Positions 39,852 to 51,165 of a DNA stretch of 64,000 nt are shown here, in pieces (positions within the stretch are counted from its first letter, which is position 1; every line of letters begins with the position of its first letter). The DNA is from an uncultured delta proteobacterium (GTDB lineage Bacteria > Desulfobacterota > Binatia > Binatales > Binataceae): contig CAWEEQ010000004.1 of assembly GCA_963808235.1 (NCBI GenBank), forward strand, positions 1,120,001-1,184,000, in the 5' to 3' direction. The position numbers and the translations under genes were made by a program. Below the pieces are notes generated by a model. It was not told the DNA's origin and made no database searches. It saw only the letters and a list, made by a program, of their open reading frames with translations.

Positions 39852-41534
39852 TCATTCGTATCTCCAGTCGGGATCTTCCGGGTGTTTCAGGTCCCAGAGC
39901 GGGCGGCGGCTGCGGACGACTGGGGGTGTGGCGAAGTTGTATTCGGGTGGGGGCGAGGTCGTCGTCCATTCCAGCGTCCACGCGTCCCACGGGTCGTCGC
40001 CGGCTACTTTGCCGGAGCGGAGGGACTTCGCGACGTTGATGATCAGGATCAGTACGGCGACGCCTTGCAGGAGCGCGCCGATTGACTCGATGAGGTTAAG
40101 GGTGTCGAGGCCGCGGCCTGGCTGGTAGGTGTAGATGCGGCGCGGCATTCCTTGCATACCGGCGAAATGCATGGTGTCGAAGGTAAGATGGAAGCCGATC
40201 AGGAATAGCCAGAAGTGCCATTTGCCTAATCGTTCACTGAGCATTCGGCCAGTAGCCTTTGGGAACCAATAGTATATTGCGGCGAATATCATGAAGACGA
40301 TCGCGCCGACTAGTATGTAATGGAAGTGGGCGACTACGAAGTAAGTGTCGGTGAGTTGCCAATCGAATGGCGCGACGGCGAGCATGATGCCGGTCAGGCC
40401 AGCGATCAGAAACTGAAACAGAAAGGCGATGCTGAACAGCATCGGCACTTTGAAACGAATCTTTCCGCCCCAGATGGTGCCGAGCCAGTTGAAGATTTTT
40501 ATGCCGGTCGGCACGCCGACCAGCATCGTGGAGGTCGCGAAGAATGCGTTGCCGGCGGGGGTCATGCCGACCGAGAACATGTGATGCGCCCAGACGCTCA
40601 TGCTGATGAACGCGATCGCACACGAGGCGGCAACCATCACGTGGTAGCCAAAGATCACCTTGCGTGAGAATACCGGGATGATCTCGGAGGCGAAGCCGAA
40701 AGCCGGAAGGACAAGGATGTAGACCTCGGGATGGCCGAAAATCCAGAAGAAGTGCTGCCACAGGATCGCGGAGCCGCCGGCCTGGGTGTCGAAGAAGTGT
40801 GCGCCGAGGAAACGATCTAGGAGGAGCATCGCCTGCGCGGCGGAAAGCGGCGGCAGCGCGATCAGCATCATGAAGGACACCACCAGCGAGAGCCACACCA
40901 GCACCGGCATCTTGGTGAGGGTCATTCCCTCGCATCGCATCGAGAAGGTCGTGGCGATGAGATTGATCGCGGTCGCGGTCGAACCGACGCTCGTCAGAAA
41001 GATACTCAGTATCCAATAGTCAGTGCTGTTGCCGCGCGAGAAGGCGCGCTCGGTGAGTGGTGCGTACGCGAACCATCCGACGTCGGGCGCGCTGCCCGCG
41101 CCGTATAGGCCGTCGCCGGCTACATAGCTGAAGTAAATGAGCAGTGCGCCGAAGAACCATAGCCAGAAGCCGAATGCGTTGAGCCTCGGGAAGGCGAGAT
41201 CGCGCGCACCGATCATCAGCGGGACCAGGTAGTTGAACAACCCGGTCAGGATCGGCATCCCGACCAGGAAGACCATCGCGGTACCGTGCATCGTGAGCAG
41301 GCGGTTGAAGACCTCGGGCGGCACGATGCCGGCATTGGGGATGGCGAGTTGCAGGCGAATCGTCATTGCCTGTAGGCCCGCGACCACGAAGAAGAACAGG
41401 CCGCAGCCGATATACATCAGGCCGAGGCGCTTGTGATCGACGGTGACGACCCATCCGTGGACTTTGCCGAGGATCGGCAGCGCGCGCAGATCGTCGGCGC
41501 TGAGTGCGATCTCGTGTTCGATGCTGCCTGCCAT
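39852..41534 (-). CDS. ctaD: Cytochrome c oxidase subunit I (A1 type)
   Basis: DHKR, GARDLAFPRLN, GHPEVY, VWAHHM, PTGIK, VVAHFHY. Confidence 0.97.
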   Translation of the reverse strand: MAGSIEHEIALSADDLRALPILGKVHGWVVTVDHKRLGLMYIGCGLFFFVVAGLQAMTIRLQLAIPNAGIVPPEVFNRLLTMHGTAMVFLVGMPILTGLFNYLVPLMIGARDLAFPRLNAFGFWLWFFGALLIYFSYVAGDGLYGAGSAPDVGWFAYAPLTERAFSRGNSTDYWILSIFLTSVGSTATAINLIATTFSMRCEGMTLTKMPVLVWLSLVVSFMMLIALPPLSAAQAMLLLDRFLGAHFFDTQAGGSAILWQHFFWIFGHPEVYILVLPAFGFASEIIPVFSRKVIFGYHVMVAASCAIAFISMSVWAHHMFSVGMTPAGNAFFATSTMLVGVPTGIKIFNWLGTIWGGKIRFKVPMLFSIAFLFQFLIAGLTGIMLAVAPFDWQLTDTYFVVAHFHYILVGAIVFMIFAAIYYWFPKATGRMLSERLGKWHFWLFLIGFHLTFDTMHFAGMQGMPRRIYTYQPGRGLDTLNLIESIGALLQGVAVLILIINVAKSLRSGKVAGDDPWDAWTLEWTTTSPPPEYNFATPPVVRSRRPLWDLKHPEDPDWRYE

Positions 41535-41552
41535 TGCGGGATGTGCCTGCGC

Positions 41553-42650
41553 TCAGCGGAGCGTTGCCAGGTAGGCAACGAGGTCGTCGAGATCCTTGTC
41601 GTCGAGATTCATCGCGGGCATCAGCGCGCCCGGCTTCATCCGAGACGGATCGCTCACCCAGATTTTCAGGTGCGCGGGAGTATTCATCGCTACCCCGGCG
41701 CCGATCGTCTCACGCGCCATCAGGTGCGTGAGGTCGGGACCGAAGCGGCCGTCAGCCGCGGTGCCGCGAATGGTGTGGCAGCTAACACAAGCGGTGGACT
41801 CGAAGACCGCGCGGCCGTGCGACGCCGACGCGTCGAGTGCTGGCGGCTGCTTCTGTGCGGCTGCCCAGCGCTGAAAATCGGCGTGCGGCTCGACGACGAC
41901 GCGGAGCAGCATCATGGCGTGCTCGGTTCCGCAGTACTCGCCGCATTGTCCGAGATAGGTTCCCGCGACTTGCGGATCTATCCACATGGAATTTTTTTTG
42001 TTCGGGATCACGTCGGTCTTGCCTGCCAGGCGCGGCACCCAGAAGCTGTGCGCGACGTTGGCGGACTCGAGCTCGAGGAAGGTCGGCGTGGGACTCTGCG
42101 GATCGCTCAGCGGGACATGAAGCTCGTTGGCGGTGACGATGCCGAGACCGGGGTATCGGAACTCCCACCACCATTGATGTGCGATCACGCGGACACTGAG
42201 CGCTCCGGGCGGGCGGGGCGCGGCCTGGACGACGTAAATAGTCCGCGCCGTGACCAGGATGAGGACGAATACAATGATGATGGGCACCGTCGTCCACGCG
42301 AATTCGATCGGGTTGCTGCCGTAGACCTGGGGCGGTTCGCGGCCGTCGTCTCCGGGGCGCGCTCGAAAGCGAACCACGCTATAGGCGAGCAATCCCGCCA
42401 CGATCAGAAAGATCACGGCGGTTATGGCGATGACGAAGAATGCGACCGTGTCGATCTCGCGAGCGGGGGTCGAGACAGGATTGAAGATGCTGCTCGGAGG
42501 AATTTTCGCGTTGGAATCGCCCATCCCCCAATCGTTGGCGAATGCGGGAATTGGAGCGGCGACGAGGAGGGCGACCGTCACGCACAAGCGTTTGCTCCAA
42601 CGTTTCGTGAGTGCGGACAAATTTCTTTCGAGCCGCGACGTTGAGTGCAT
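41553..42650 (-). CDS. ctaC: Cytochrome c oxidase subunit II with fused cytochrome c (caa3 type)
   Basis: QWWW, HSFWVP, CuA motif CGEYCGTEHAMM, CVSCH. Confidence 0.95.
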   Translation of the reverse strand: MHSTSRLERNLSALTKRWSKRLCVTVALLVAAPIPAFANDWGMGDSNAKIPPSSIFNPVSTPAREIDTVAFFVIAITAVIFLIVAGLLAYSVVRFRARPGDDGREPPQVYGSNPIEFAWTTVPIIIVFVLILVTARTIYVVQAAPRPPGALSVRVIAHQWWWEFRYPGLGIVTANELHVPLSDPQSPTPTFLELESANVAHSFWVPRLAGKTDVIPNKKNSMWIDPQVAGTYLGQCGEYCGTEHAMMLLRVVVEPHADFQRWAAAQKQPPALDASASHGRAVFESTACVSCHTIRGTAADGRFGPDLTHLMARETIGAGVAMNTPAHLKIWVSDPSRMKPGALMPAMNLDDKDLDDLVAYLATLR

Positions 42651-42764
42651 TGCGATGCGCTCCAGCCGGCGAATTACGATCCCGCTGGAATCAGTAGCAC
42701 AAAATATTTTTTAGCACTAAGCAGAGCGGCGCCGGCCGGAGAAGCGATGCGAGCAGATCGCGAA

Positions 42765-43706
42765 TCAGTTGGCGGTCGCCGCGACGATCGCATGATCGTA
42801 ACGGGGCAGAATCATCACTTCGGACATTCGGGTTTCGGGATCGAGCCTGATGATATAGGCAGGAAAGCCGGTTTGGATTACCGAGACGTTGGTGCGCGCG
42901 TCGCAGCCGCATCGCGCGGCCATAGCGTCGTTGATCGCGGAGAGCTTGTCGAGGCTGAGCGCGGCGAGTTGCAGGTTGGCGCCGTCAACAGAGAGCGTCA
43001 AGGTCGATTTGTCGATTTCGACGTTCGAGGCGAGGGTGGTGCCCGACACGGTCGAAGTCTTGACCACCCATTGGGTGAACTCGTGGTCGTTCATGCCATG
43101 AACCTTCGGATAATTCTTGCGCAATTCGGAGATAGTTGCGCCGAGCGAGCGCTTCTTCGCACCGGCGTCGGCAAATACCTGCTCATCGGCCATGGCCCAG
43201 ATTTGCTTTGACCATCGCGAGAGCAGAGCCGGATCGGCGCCGGGTAGATTCTGATAGTCGGTTGCAGCCCGTTCTGCTCCCGCCAGATCGCGCGCCTCGA
43301 GCGCGGCCTCCACTTCCTGCGCGTCCTTGCGGCGGGCAGCCTCATCGATTCGGGCCATGATGGTGGCGCTCTGACTGCCGGGCTCCTTCATGGCGTCGGC
43401 GCATACACTGCGTTGTTCGGCGATCGTGAAGGACGGCCGGCCGAGCATGAAGTCGGAGAGGCACAGATCGTCCTTGACCTCGCGCCGCTCGCTCGCGCTG
43501 AGCTTGTCTTGGTTTGCGGAGAGGGTGACGAGCTGTTGATGCGCTGCCGCGTAATTGCCCGCTGCAATCTGGCTTCGTGCCGAGGTGAGTGCGGACGGAG
43601 CGCATCCCCATATAGAGGATGCGAGGGCGGTGGCGGCGCCAAATTGGAGCCCAATACGGACTAAGTTGCGGCAGGTGGATGAGTATGGGTCTGAATCGCG
43701 TCGCAT
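42765..43706 (-). CDS. Hypothetical exported protein or lipoprotein
   Basis: Long ORF with ALASSIWGC lipobox-like site and a helical N-terminal half; start uncertain. Confidence 0.6.
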   Translation of the reverse strand: MRRDSDPYSSTCRNLVRIGLQFGAATALASSIWGCAPSALTSARSQIAAGNYAAAHQQLVTLSANQDKLSASERREVKDDLCLSDFMLGRPSFTIAEQRSVCADAMKEPGSQSATIMARIDEAARRKDAQEVEAALEARDLAGAERAATDYQNLPGADPALLSRWSKQIWAMADEQVFADAGAKKRSLGATISELRKNYPKVHGMNDHEFTQWVVKTSTVSGTTLASNVEIDKSTLTLSVDGANLQLAALSLDKLSAINDAMAARCGCDARTNVSVIQTGFPAYIIRLDPETRMSEVMILPRYDHAIVAATAN

Positions 43707-44197
43707 GGATTGATTATGCTCCACGGAGAGGCCTCTTGACCACTGGATTTGTTTCTCGCCGATTACGAGCCCACGCCTGTATCGCGATGAGTCGCGGCGC
43801 GGCGCGAAATCGCAACCCGATCCGTGCAAACGGCGGCGGGATCAACATCGTCTTTACAGGCAGCGCCGCGGCGGGCACTTCGCCGAGCAGGACGGCCGTC
43901 AACTTCGGTACCTATCGCGCCGTGCTGGAGCAATGAAGTGGTCGATTCTGCACATTGATTGCCGCATTGAGGCAACGCTTACTGTAGTCACTGCCTGTTC
44001 TTACGATTCTCCAAATACACGATTTCCAAAATGTATTCGGAAGCAGACTCGCAGATTCGTCGGATGGACTCCGAGGTGAGCATTCGACCGCCGAGTTCTG
44101 AGCCGCTCAGTGTACCGCGATGAGACACGGTGGGTCTCAGAATCGCGATCCCGATCCGCTTTGACCTCCGCTAGATGCCTACCCTCGCAGATCCGCA

Positions 44198-44213
44198 TGG
44201 CATGAGTGCTGCA
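44198..44213 (+). promoter_or_regulatory. Putative sigma54 (-24/-12) promoter of the flp/tad cluster
   Basis: TGGCATGAGTGCTGCA has exact GG-N10-GC spacing and lies about 90 bp before flp1. Confidence 0.65.
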
Positions 44214-44300
44214 CCTACCTCCACTTGTAAGGTTTCACGCGGCAAGACGGACGAAGTTATCAAGCGGTGCTGATCCAGTAGGGAGATGAGAGAAAAGACG

Positions 44301-44480
44301 ATGAGATATCTGTACCAAATGATCGTAAAAACTCGCGAGAGCCGGAGAGGTCAGACCATGACCGAGTACGTGCTGATTATCGCGGCAATCGCAGTAGCTG
44401 GTTACACGGCTTACGTCGGTCTCGAAGGCGGAATCAACGGCATTATCGCCAACGTGACCGCGACTCTGACGGCGGCGTAA
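44301..44480 (+). CDS. flp: Flp-family type IVc pilin 1
   Basis: RRG|QTMTEYVLII prepilin motif; 59 aa. Confidence 0.9.
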   Translation: MRYLYQMIVKTRESRRGQTMTEYVLIIAAIAVAGYTAYVGLEGGINGIIANVTATLTAA

Positions 44481-44648
44481 AGCGCCGGGACCAAGAGTAA
44501 TGCGGACTGGTTATATGAACAGCCACTCAAACTCGAGCACCGAACCAAAAGTATCGATTCGATGAATATGCTCCATACCAGCGCGGCAAACAGCCTGGTG
44601 CGTGAAACGAAATAGAAGCGCTGAGTTAACGCGTAAGGAGGAAACCTA

Positions 44649-44828
44649 ATGAACTATCTGAACAAGTTGATCGTCAAAGTTCGCGAGAGCAGGAAAGGCC
44701 AGACCATGACCGAATACGTGCTCATTATCGCGGCGATCGCAGTAGCAGGTTACACGGCCTACGTCGGCCTTGAAGGTGGAATCAACAACATCATCTCCAA
44801 CGTAACCACAACGCTGAAGGCTGCGTAA
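44649..44828 (+). CDS. flp: Flp-family pilin 2 (not in the ORF track)
   Basis: AAGGAGG RBS; MNYLNKLIVKVRESRKG|QTMTEYVLIIAAIAVAGYTAYVGLEGGINNIISNVTTTLKAA. Confidence 0.92.
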   Translation: MNYLNKLIVKVRESRKGQTMTEYVLIIAAIAVAGYTAYVGLEGGINNIISNVTTTLKAA

Positions 44829-44870
44829 AAAAGCCCCCAAGCCCGCGAGTCTGAATGTAGGCGAGCGGGA

Positions 44871-44900
44871 TAGCGGCGGGGTCCGAGTGCCCCGCCGCTA
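44871..44900 (+). terminator. Strong hairpin after the pilin genes
   Basis: TAGCGGCGGGG-N8-CCCCGCCGCTA, 11-bp stem. Confidence 0.55.
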
Positions 44901-44992
44901 AACCTAGAGAGAGAGATGAGTGAGAGTTTGAACGGTGACTTCAGGAAAGCAAATCGCAGCCCCGAATCCGATGCCTCGAGCGGGGACAATCG

Positions 44993-45388
44993 ATGGCGGA
45001 ATTTGCGCTCCTGGCGCCGCTTTTTCTGTTCGTGGTGTCCGTCGCGATCACCTTTGCGGTGATCGGGCAGTCGGCGCTGGCGGTCAGCCAGCTTGCCTAC
45101 AACGGCGCTCGCCACGCAGCCGTAAATCCGCAACTCAGCTCGGCACAAGTGCATACCTACGTCATGTCGGGAGCAACCGGAGCGCCGTCGATCACGGCGG
45201 GCAACGGAGCGCATCTGACCGTGACCGCCGTGCAGGCCCCGTTCGGCCAGCCGGTGACGGTGACGGTCGCATACGATCTCTCCGGCAACGCAATCGTCTC
45301 GAGCATGATGAAGCTCTTCACCGGGCTCGGCTTCCGACAAACGTTTCCGACTTCGCTCAGTTCGACGGAGGTCGTAATGCGCGAGTGA
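44993..45388 (+). CDS. tadE: TadE-like pseudopilin; true start probably upstream across a frameshift
   Basis: In-frame ERG|QSMAEFALLAP and AYNGARHAAV; no in-frame start codon before the G|Q site. Confidence 0.8.
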   Translation: MAEFALLAPLFLFVVSVAITFAVIGQSALAVSQLAYNGARHAAVNPQLSSAQVHTYVMSGATGAPSITAGNGAHLTVTAVQAPFGQPVTVTVAYDLSGNAIVSSMMKLFTGLGFRQTFPTSLSSTEVVMRE

Positions 45389-45461
45389 TCGAATGAACTC
45401 TGCCCGGTTTGGGGGTCACGATCCGCGCGCAAGCGGATGGTGCAAAAAAGGGGGGCAATAG

Positions 45462-46598
45462 ATGAGACGACCGATTATTTTCGTAGTACTGGCAGGACTC
45501 GGCGCGGTGCTGGCCGCGATGGTGGTTTTTTCCGCGCTCAGAAACCGCGAATCCGAAGTGCAACAAGCGATGGCGCACACGGTGGAAGTCGTGGTCGCCG
45601 CGCGCGATATCCCGATTGGCGAAAAGCTGCAGCCCGACGCGGTCAAGACCGTCCGATGGGCTCGCGACGGCGTTCCGCAAGGCGCCTTTACCAATCCGCA
45701 AGCCGTAGTCGGCTCGTTTGCCAAAAGCCAGTTCGTCGCCAACGAGCCGGTGGTCGCGGCCAAGCTGTTTACCGGTGAGAAGACCTCGGGCGTGATGCCG
45801 CTTTTGATTCCGCCCGGGATGCGCGCGATGTCGGTGCCGGTTGACGAAGTCGCCGATATCGCAGGATTTGTCGCGCCGCATACCCGCGTCGACGTTCTGG
45901 TCGCGGTCTCGGGCAGCGGCCCCGGCGAATCCTCGTTTTCGCGGATTGTCCTCCAGAACATCGAGGTGGTCGCCGTCGCCCAGGAAATCGAACACGTCAA
46001 GGATGAGCCGCAGGTGGTCAAGGTGGTGACGCTGCTGGTCAGCCCGCCAGACGCCGAGAAGCTGACCCTTGCGAGCCGCGAGGGAACACTGCGTCTGGCG
46101 ATGCGCAACTACGGCGACAGCAAGATTATCGCAACCAGTGGAGTCGCGATGAGCGAGCTCATGCACAACGGCGCCGCGACCGTGCCCCTGGTTCAGCAGC
46201 AGCCCGCAATTTCGATGAGAGTTAGCGCGAGCCCGGCGCATCTCAATGCCGACGGCCGCACCCCGCTTCGGGTCGAGGTGATGCGCGACGGCAAATCGTC
46301 CGAGGCGATCTCGTTTTTGAAGTCCGGACGCATCCGGCCCACTTACGATCGACCGCCCGATACCGCCCCGGCCGTTTCCGCGCCGCCGAATGTTGCTGGT
46401 CCGTCGCCCGAGTCCGACGAGTCTCCGGCCACGTCGCCGGCGGGCTCCGCCGCGAGCTTGGCAGGGTCCGGCGGGAACGCCTTTGCGTTAAGCCAGACCG
46501 CGCCGAGCACCGACCATACATCCGTAAACCTCGCGCCGCCGCTCAAACCGGGGGAACCGGGTTACCAGGCGGCGCCGAAAACTTACGTAGTCCACTGA
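45462..46598 (+). CDS. cpaB: Flp pilus assembly protein CpaB/RcpC
   Basis: VVVAARDIPIG (SAF), PPGMRAMSV, AGFV.P..RVDVL, VTLLVSP. Confidence 0.92.
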   Translation: MRRPIIFVVLAGLGAVLAAMVVFSALRNRESEVQQAMAHTVEVVVAARDIPIGEKLQPDAVKTVRWARDGVPQGAFTNPQAVVGSFAKSQFVANEPVVAAKLFTGEKTSGVMPLLIPPGMRAMSVPVDEVADIAGFVAPHTRVDVLVAVSGSGPGESSFSRIVLQNIEVVAVAQEIEHVKDEPQVVKVVTLLVSPPDAEKLTLASREGTLRLAMRNYGDSKIIATSGVAMSELMHNGAATVPLVQQQPAISMRVSASPAHLNADGRTPLRVEVMRDGKSSEAISFLKSGRIRPTYDRPPDTAPAVSAPPNVAGPSPESDESPATSPAGSAASLAGSGGNAFALSQTAPSTDHTSVNLAPPLKPGEPGYQAAPKTYVVH

Positions 46599-46640
46599 AA
46601 GAGTGAGAGAGGGTTCAGTTCGCAGCTCAGGGGGAAGCTA

Positions 46641-48498
46641 ATGGAAGCACGCACAATAATGGATCTCTGCAAGCCGGTTCTACTGGGAGTCTTCATGCTG
46701 ATCGCCAGCGCCGCTCCCGCCCGCGCGCAAGCCGCCAAGCCAGGCGCCGCCGGCGCGCAGTGGATTCCGGTGTCGATCACAGCCGGCGAGACTTACACCA
46801 TCGAAAACATCAAGCTGGGAACCAAGCCCGCATTTCGCATCGCCCAGAATCCGAACGCCTTTGTATCTTACGATTCGGTCCCGGGCAGACTCACGATGCT
46901 CAGCGCCGCGGCAGGCCGATGGATAGTGACGGTCACCAACACTTCCGATCAGACTGTCAACTATGACGTGAACGCGTTTGCGGCGGCGAAGCCGGATGCG
47001 CCACTGACGCCGGGCACTCCACCGCCGACGATTAGCGATAGCGGGCTTGCCCCACGCCCGGGCGCAGGAGCGGCCACGCCCGTATCGAGCTTTGCTGCGA
47101 TGCCCGAGCTGGGGACAATTTCGTCGCTGCGGCCGCCTTCCGCATCCTCTTCGCATGGCGATCCTCAAATGGTGCAACCGTCTTCGTCCTACGAGGCTTC
47201 ATTGAGGGATCCCGCCGGACCTCAGGCGTACGCGCCAAGCCAAACGGCAAGCTCATCGATAAATCCTGTCGCGTCGTCGCCCGCGCGATATCGAACCGAT
47301 CCATCAGTCCAGGATTCCGGGGCACGTTTACAGCACTGATTCGATTTCCGGCGGAAAGCATTACCTGCCCGACGATGCGATGTCGTTGATGACCGGGACT
47401 TCCGAAATTATCGACTTCGAACGCCGCATCACGCGCATCTCGGTCGCGGACTCGAAAATTGCCGACGTGCAAGTGATCAATCCCTTTCAGTTGAACCTGA
47501 TTGCTCACCAGCCGGGTGCTACCACGCTTTCCATCTGGGATGACCAGGGGCGCTACGACGAGAGGATGGTGCGAATCGACGCGAGCGGCCGGCAGCAGGT
47601 GATGCTGAACACGATCATCGCAGAGCTCGATCGCAGCACGCTGGAGAACCAGGGAATCAACCTGTCAGTCGCACTGACCAAGTTGGGTGTGTCGCTGGTC
47701 GGCATGCCGGGCAACGTGGCGACTCCCTATACGTCAAACTCAAGTCTCTCGTCCTCGACCACCAACTCCTCGGGCAGCACTACCTCAAGCGGAGGCCTGT
47801 TGCCTTCGGGCGGCTCGCTGATTCCGCTGCTGCTCTCGTCCAATCTTACTTACGGCCTGGCGGCGCAGAACTCCAACGTCCAGTGGCAGGGATTTTTTCA
47901 ATTCCTTGAGCAGCACAGTCTCGGCAAAGTCCTTGCCGAGCCGCATCTGCTCGCGAACTCGGGCGAGAAGGCGAAGTTTCTCTCCGGCGGAGAGATTCCG
48001 ATCGTAATCGCGCAGGCGCTCAACTCTACGATTGTCTTCAAGACCTTCGGAACCTCGGTCGAATTTATACCGACCGTAATCGGCCGCAACGAGATCGAAC
48101 TGTTGGTCAAGCCCGAGGTCTCCGAGCCTGACTTCGCCGAGGGCGTGAACCTGTTCGGCTTCACCGTTCCCGCTTTCGTCACGCGCAGAGCGGAGACCCT
48201 GGTGCGCCTCAGAGACGGCCAGACCCTGATCATCGCCGGACTCATCCTCCACGAAAAGACTTCCCAGGTGCAGAAGGTGCCCTATCTCGGCGATATCCCG
48301 TGGGTGAAGGGTCTCTTCCGCACCACCTCCTGGTCCAACAAGGAAACCGACCTCGTGATGAGCGTGACACCCGAGATTGTCCGGCCGCTGCCTGAGAACG
48401 GGCAGGTCTATCTGCCGACCAGCGTCGGAGAAATGACTCCGGAAGAGATCAGAACCAAACCAATAACTCCGGCTGAGGCGGCGCGGCCGCGTTTCTAG
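46641..48498 (+). CDS. cpaC: Tad secretin CpaC/RcpA, frameshifted at GGGG 47319-47322
   Basis: The 5' ORF carries the signal peptide. The 3' ORF has QQVML, LAEPHL..SGEKAKFLSGGEIP, RRAETLVRLRDGQT, KVPYLGDIP. Removing one G joins them. Confidence 0.85.
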
Positions 48499-48518
48499 GC
48501 GATACGGGGAATTATCGA

Positions 48519-49742
48519 GTGGCAGTCCTTGGATCAAACGGCGAAGGCCGGCACAGCACGATGAAGGTGATGCTGGTCGGCGAGCCCGGTGATCAGCGCA
48601 CGCAGCTGAAATCGGTGCTGGCGGCGCTTACCGAACCGGAGCTCGAGATTATCGAAGGTGAAGCGGCAACCGCTGCGAACCTTTCGGAAAACGTCGGCGC
48701 GCCACCAGACGCGACCCTGGTGATGCTCACCGGCAACGACGAGGCGGGGCTGAATTTTCTGCAAGCTCAGGCGCTCAATTCGCCGCGTCCAATTCTGCTC
48801 GCGGTACTGTCGGCGCGCTCGGCGGGAACTATGAAAAAGGCGCTCCGCTCCGGCGCCGACGAGATTTTGTTCCTCCCGCTCGACCCCGGAGAGGCCACCC
48901 GCGCGCTGCTGAAAATAAGCGAGGCGCGATGGCGAACCGAACGGCGTGAGGGCGGCGTAGTCGTTTCAGTCGTCAGCCTGGTAGGCGGAGTCGGGGTCAC
49001 CTCGCTCGCCGCGAACCTGGCGCTGGCGTTGCAGTCACTCCATCAGCGGGTCGGATTGCTCGATCTCGATCTGCAGACCGGCGGGCTCGCGGTCTTTCTG
49101 AATCTCGATCCGGAAGTGACGATCATGCCGCTGGTCCGTCTCGACCGCAAACTCGACTCGATTCAGCTCGAATCCGCCCTGACCAAGCATAGTTCCGGGG
49201 TCTACCTGCTCGCCGCGCCCAAGCGAATCGAGGAGGGCGAACTGATCTCCGACCTGACCGTCGGCACGGTGCTCGATCTGATGCGCCAGCTGTTCGACTA
49301 CGTGATTGTCGATTGCGGAGACCACGTCGACGAAAATGCCGTCGCCGCATGGGAGCGTTCCGAGCAACTCTTTTACGTGCTGAATCAGTCGATCGCGGCT
49401 GCGCGATGCGCCTGGCGGTTCATCGATCTGTTCGAGCGCCTGGGTCTCACCAGTCTCGAGCCGCGCTTCATTCTGAATCGCTACAACCCATCGCATCCGC
49501 TCACCGAGAAGGCAATCGAATCCACGCTGGCGAAATCTATCTACGCGAAGATTCCGGCCGACAGCCGGACCTTTGAAAATATCGAGATGAAGGCGCAAGA
49601 CCTTTTTCAAGTCGCGCCCAATTCCCCGGTCGCCCATGCGGTTCTCCAACTCGCCAACCAGATCCTGCCTCGCGCTGAACTGGCGGCGCCGCGTGAGACT
49701 GGATTTATGTCGCGGCTGAAATCCGCATTCAACCCGCACTGA
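48519..49742 (+). CDS. cpaE: CpaE/TadZ (atypical receiver plus MinD-like ATPase)
   Basis: [28 protein letters not shown]. Confidence 0.88.
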   Translation: MAVLGSNGEGRHSTMKVMLVGEPGDQRTQLKSVLAALTEPELEIIEGEAATAANLSENVGAPPDATLVMLTGNDEAGLNFLQAQALNSPRPILLAVLSARSAGTMKKALRSGADEILFLPLDPGEATRALLKISEARWRTERREGGVVVSVVSLVGGVGVTSLAANLALALQSLHQRVGLLDLDLQTGGLAVFLNLDPEVTIMPLVRLDRKLDSIQLESALTKHSSGVYLLAAPKRIEEGELISDLTVGTVLDLMRQLFDYVIVDCGDHVDENAVAAWERSEQLFYVLNQSIAAARCAWRFIDLFERLGLTSLEPRFILNRYNPSHPLTEKAIESTLAKSIYAKIPADSRTFENIEMKAQDLFQVAPNSPVAHAVLQLANQILPRAELAAPRETGFMSRLKSAFNPH

Positions 49743-49776
49743 CAGGTACGGCATCGAGAGAGACGAGGTACTTACC

Positions 49777-51165
49777 ATGGGATTGACCGAGAGACTCACC
49801 AACTCAGGCCACGGCGGCCGTCCCGCCGAGGTGTCAGGCAGCGCCGCGGGCTCGCTTATCGGCGCAACCGTCCGCCGGCGCAAAGATGCGATCGCGGACA
49901 GCTCGCGGCGCCTCAAGGTCAAGGTCCACAACAAGCTTTTCGAGACCATCGACGTCGCGAAACTAGAATCGCTCGAGCCTGCGATGGTCTCCATAAAGGT
50001 CACCGCCGCGATCAACGACATACTCAACGAAGACGGCCGCCTCCTTACCGATACCGACCGCGCCCGTCTGATCGACGAACTCAAGAACGAGCTGCTCGGC
50101 CTCGGACCGCTCGAGCCTCTGCTCCACGACGACGAGATCACTGACATCCTCGTCAACGGCCACAACCAGGTTTACGTCGAGAAACGCGGCAAGCTGCATG
50201 CGACCGATGTCGTGTTTCAGGACGATCAGCATCTGATGCTGATCATCGACCGGATCGTTTCGCGAGTCGGACGGCGAGTCGATGAATCCTCGCCGATGGT
50301 CGACGCGCGCCTGCCCGACGGCTCGCGTATCAACGCGATCATACCGCCGCTGGCGCTCGACGGGCCCGCGCTATCGATTCGCCGCTTCGGCAAGCATCGT
50401 TTCGATATCGGTGCGCTGGTCGAGAAAGAAGCTCTCACCTGGGACCTGGTCGAGTTCCTGCTCGCAGTAGTTCGCGCGCGGCTGAACGTAATCGTCTGCG
50501 GCGGCACCGGCTCGGGCAAGACGACCATGCTCAATTGCCTGTCCGCATTCGTTCCCGAAGACGAGCGAATCGTGACTATCGAGGATTCGGCGGAACTCTC
50601 CTTGCAGCAGCCGCACGTCGTTCGGCTCGAGACTCGGCCGTCAAATCTCGAAGGCCGCGGCGAGGTGACGCAGCGCGATCTGGTCAAGAACTGTCTTCGA
50701 ATGCGTCCCGACCGAATCGTGGTCGGCGAGGTCCGCGGCGCCGAGGTCTTCGACATGCTCCAGGCGATGTCCACCGGCCATGACGGCTCGATCGCAACCA
50801 TCCACGCCAACAGCCCGCGCGAATGCCTGGGGCGGCTCGAAATGATGATGCTGCTGTCGGGAGTCTCGATTCCGCAGCGCGCGATGCGCCAGCAGATTGC
50901 GTCGGCCATCAACGTCATCGTGCACGTCAGCCGCCTCTCCGACGGCTCGCGCAAGGTGATGAAGATTTCCGAGATCAGCGGCATGGAAGGCGAGATGATC
51001 ATGATGCAGGATCTCTTCGAGTTCGTCCGCACCGAGACCACCACCACCGGAAAAATTGTCGGAAATTTCAAATCGACCGGCATTCGATCGTCTTACAATC
51101 AGCGGCTCGAAGTCGCCGGATACAAGACCGAATCCAAGGTGATCAAAGCCCAGGCCGCGCGATGA
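49777..51165 (+). CDS. cpaF: Pilus assembly ATPase CpaF/TadA
   Basis: [44 protein letters not shown]. Confidence 0.96.
   Translation: MGLTERLTNSGHGGRPAEVSGSAAGSLIGATVRRRKDAIADSSRRLKVKVHNKLFETIDVAKLESLEPAMVSIKVTAAINDILNEDGRLLTDTDRARLIDELKNELLGLGPLEPLLHDDEITDILVNGHNQVYVEKRGKLHATDVVFQDDQHLMLIIDRIVSRVGRRVDESSPMVDARLPDGSRINAIIPPLALDGPALSIRRFGKHRFDIGALVEKEALTWDLVEFLLAVVRARLNVIVCGGTGSGKTTMLNCLSAFVPEDERIVTIEDSAELSLQQPHVVRLETRPSNLEGRGEVTQRDLVKNCLRMRPDRIVVGEVRGAEVFDMLQAMSTGHDGSIATIHANSPRECLGRLEMMMLLSGVSIPQRAMRQQIASAINVIVHVSRLSDGSRKVMKISEISGMEGEMIMMQDLFEFVRTETTTTGKIVGNFKSTGIRSSYNQRLEVAGYKTESKVIKAQAAR

Noticed and set aside
44575-44640. GGCAAAC before flp2 as a possible c-di-GMP-I riboswitch
   Set aside because: The P2 stem and the downstream GACGCAAAGC-type consensus are not present.
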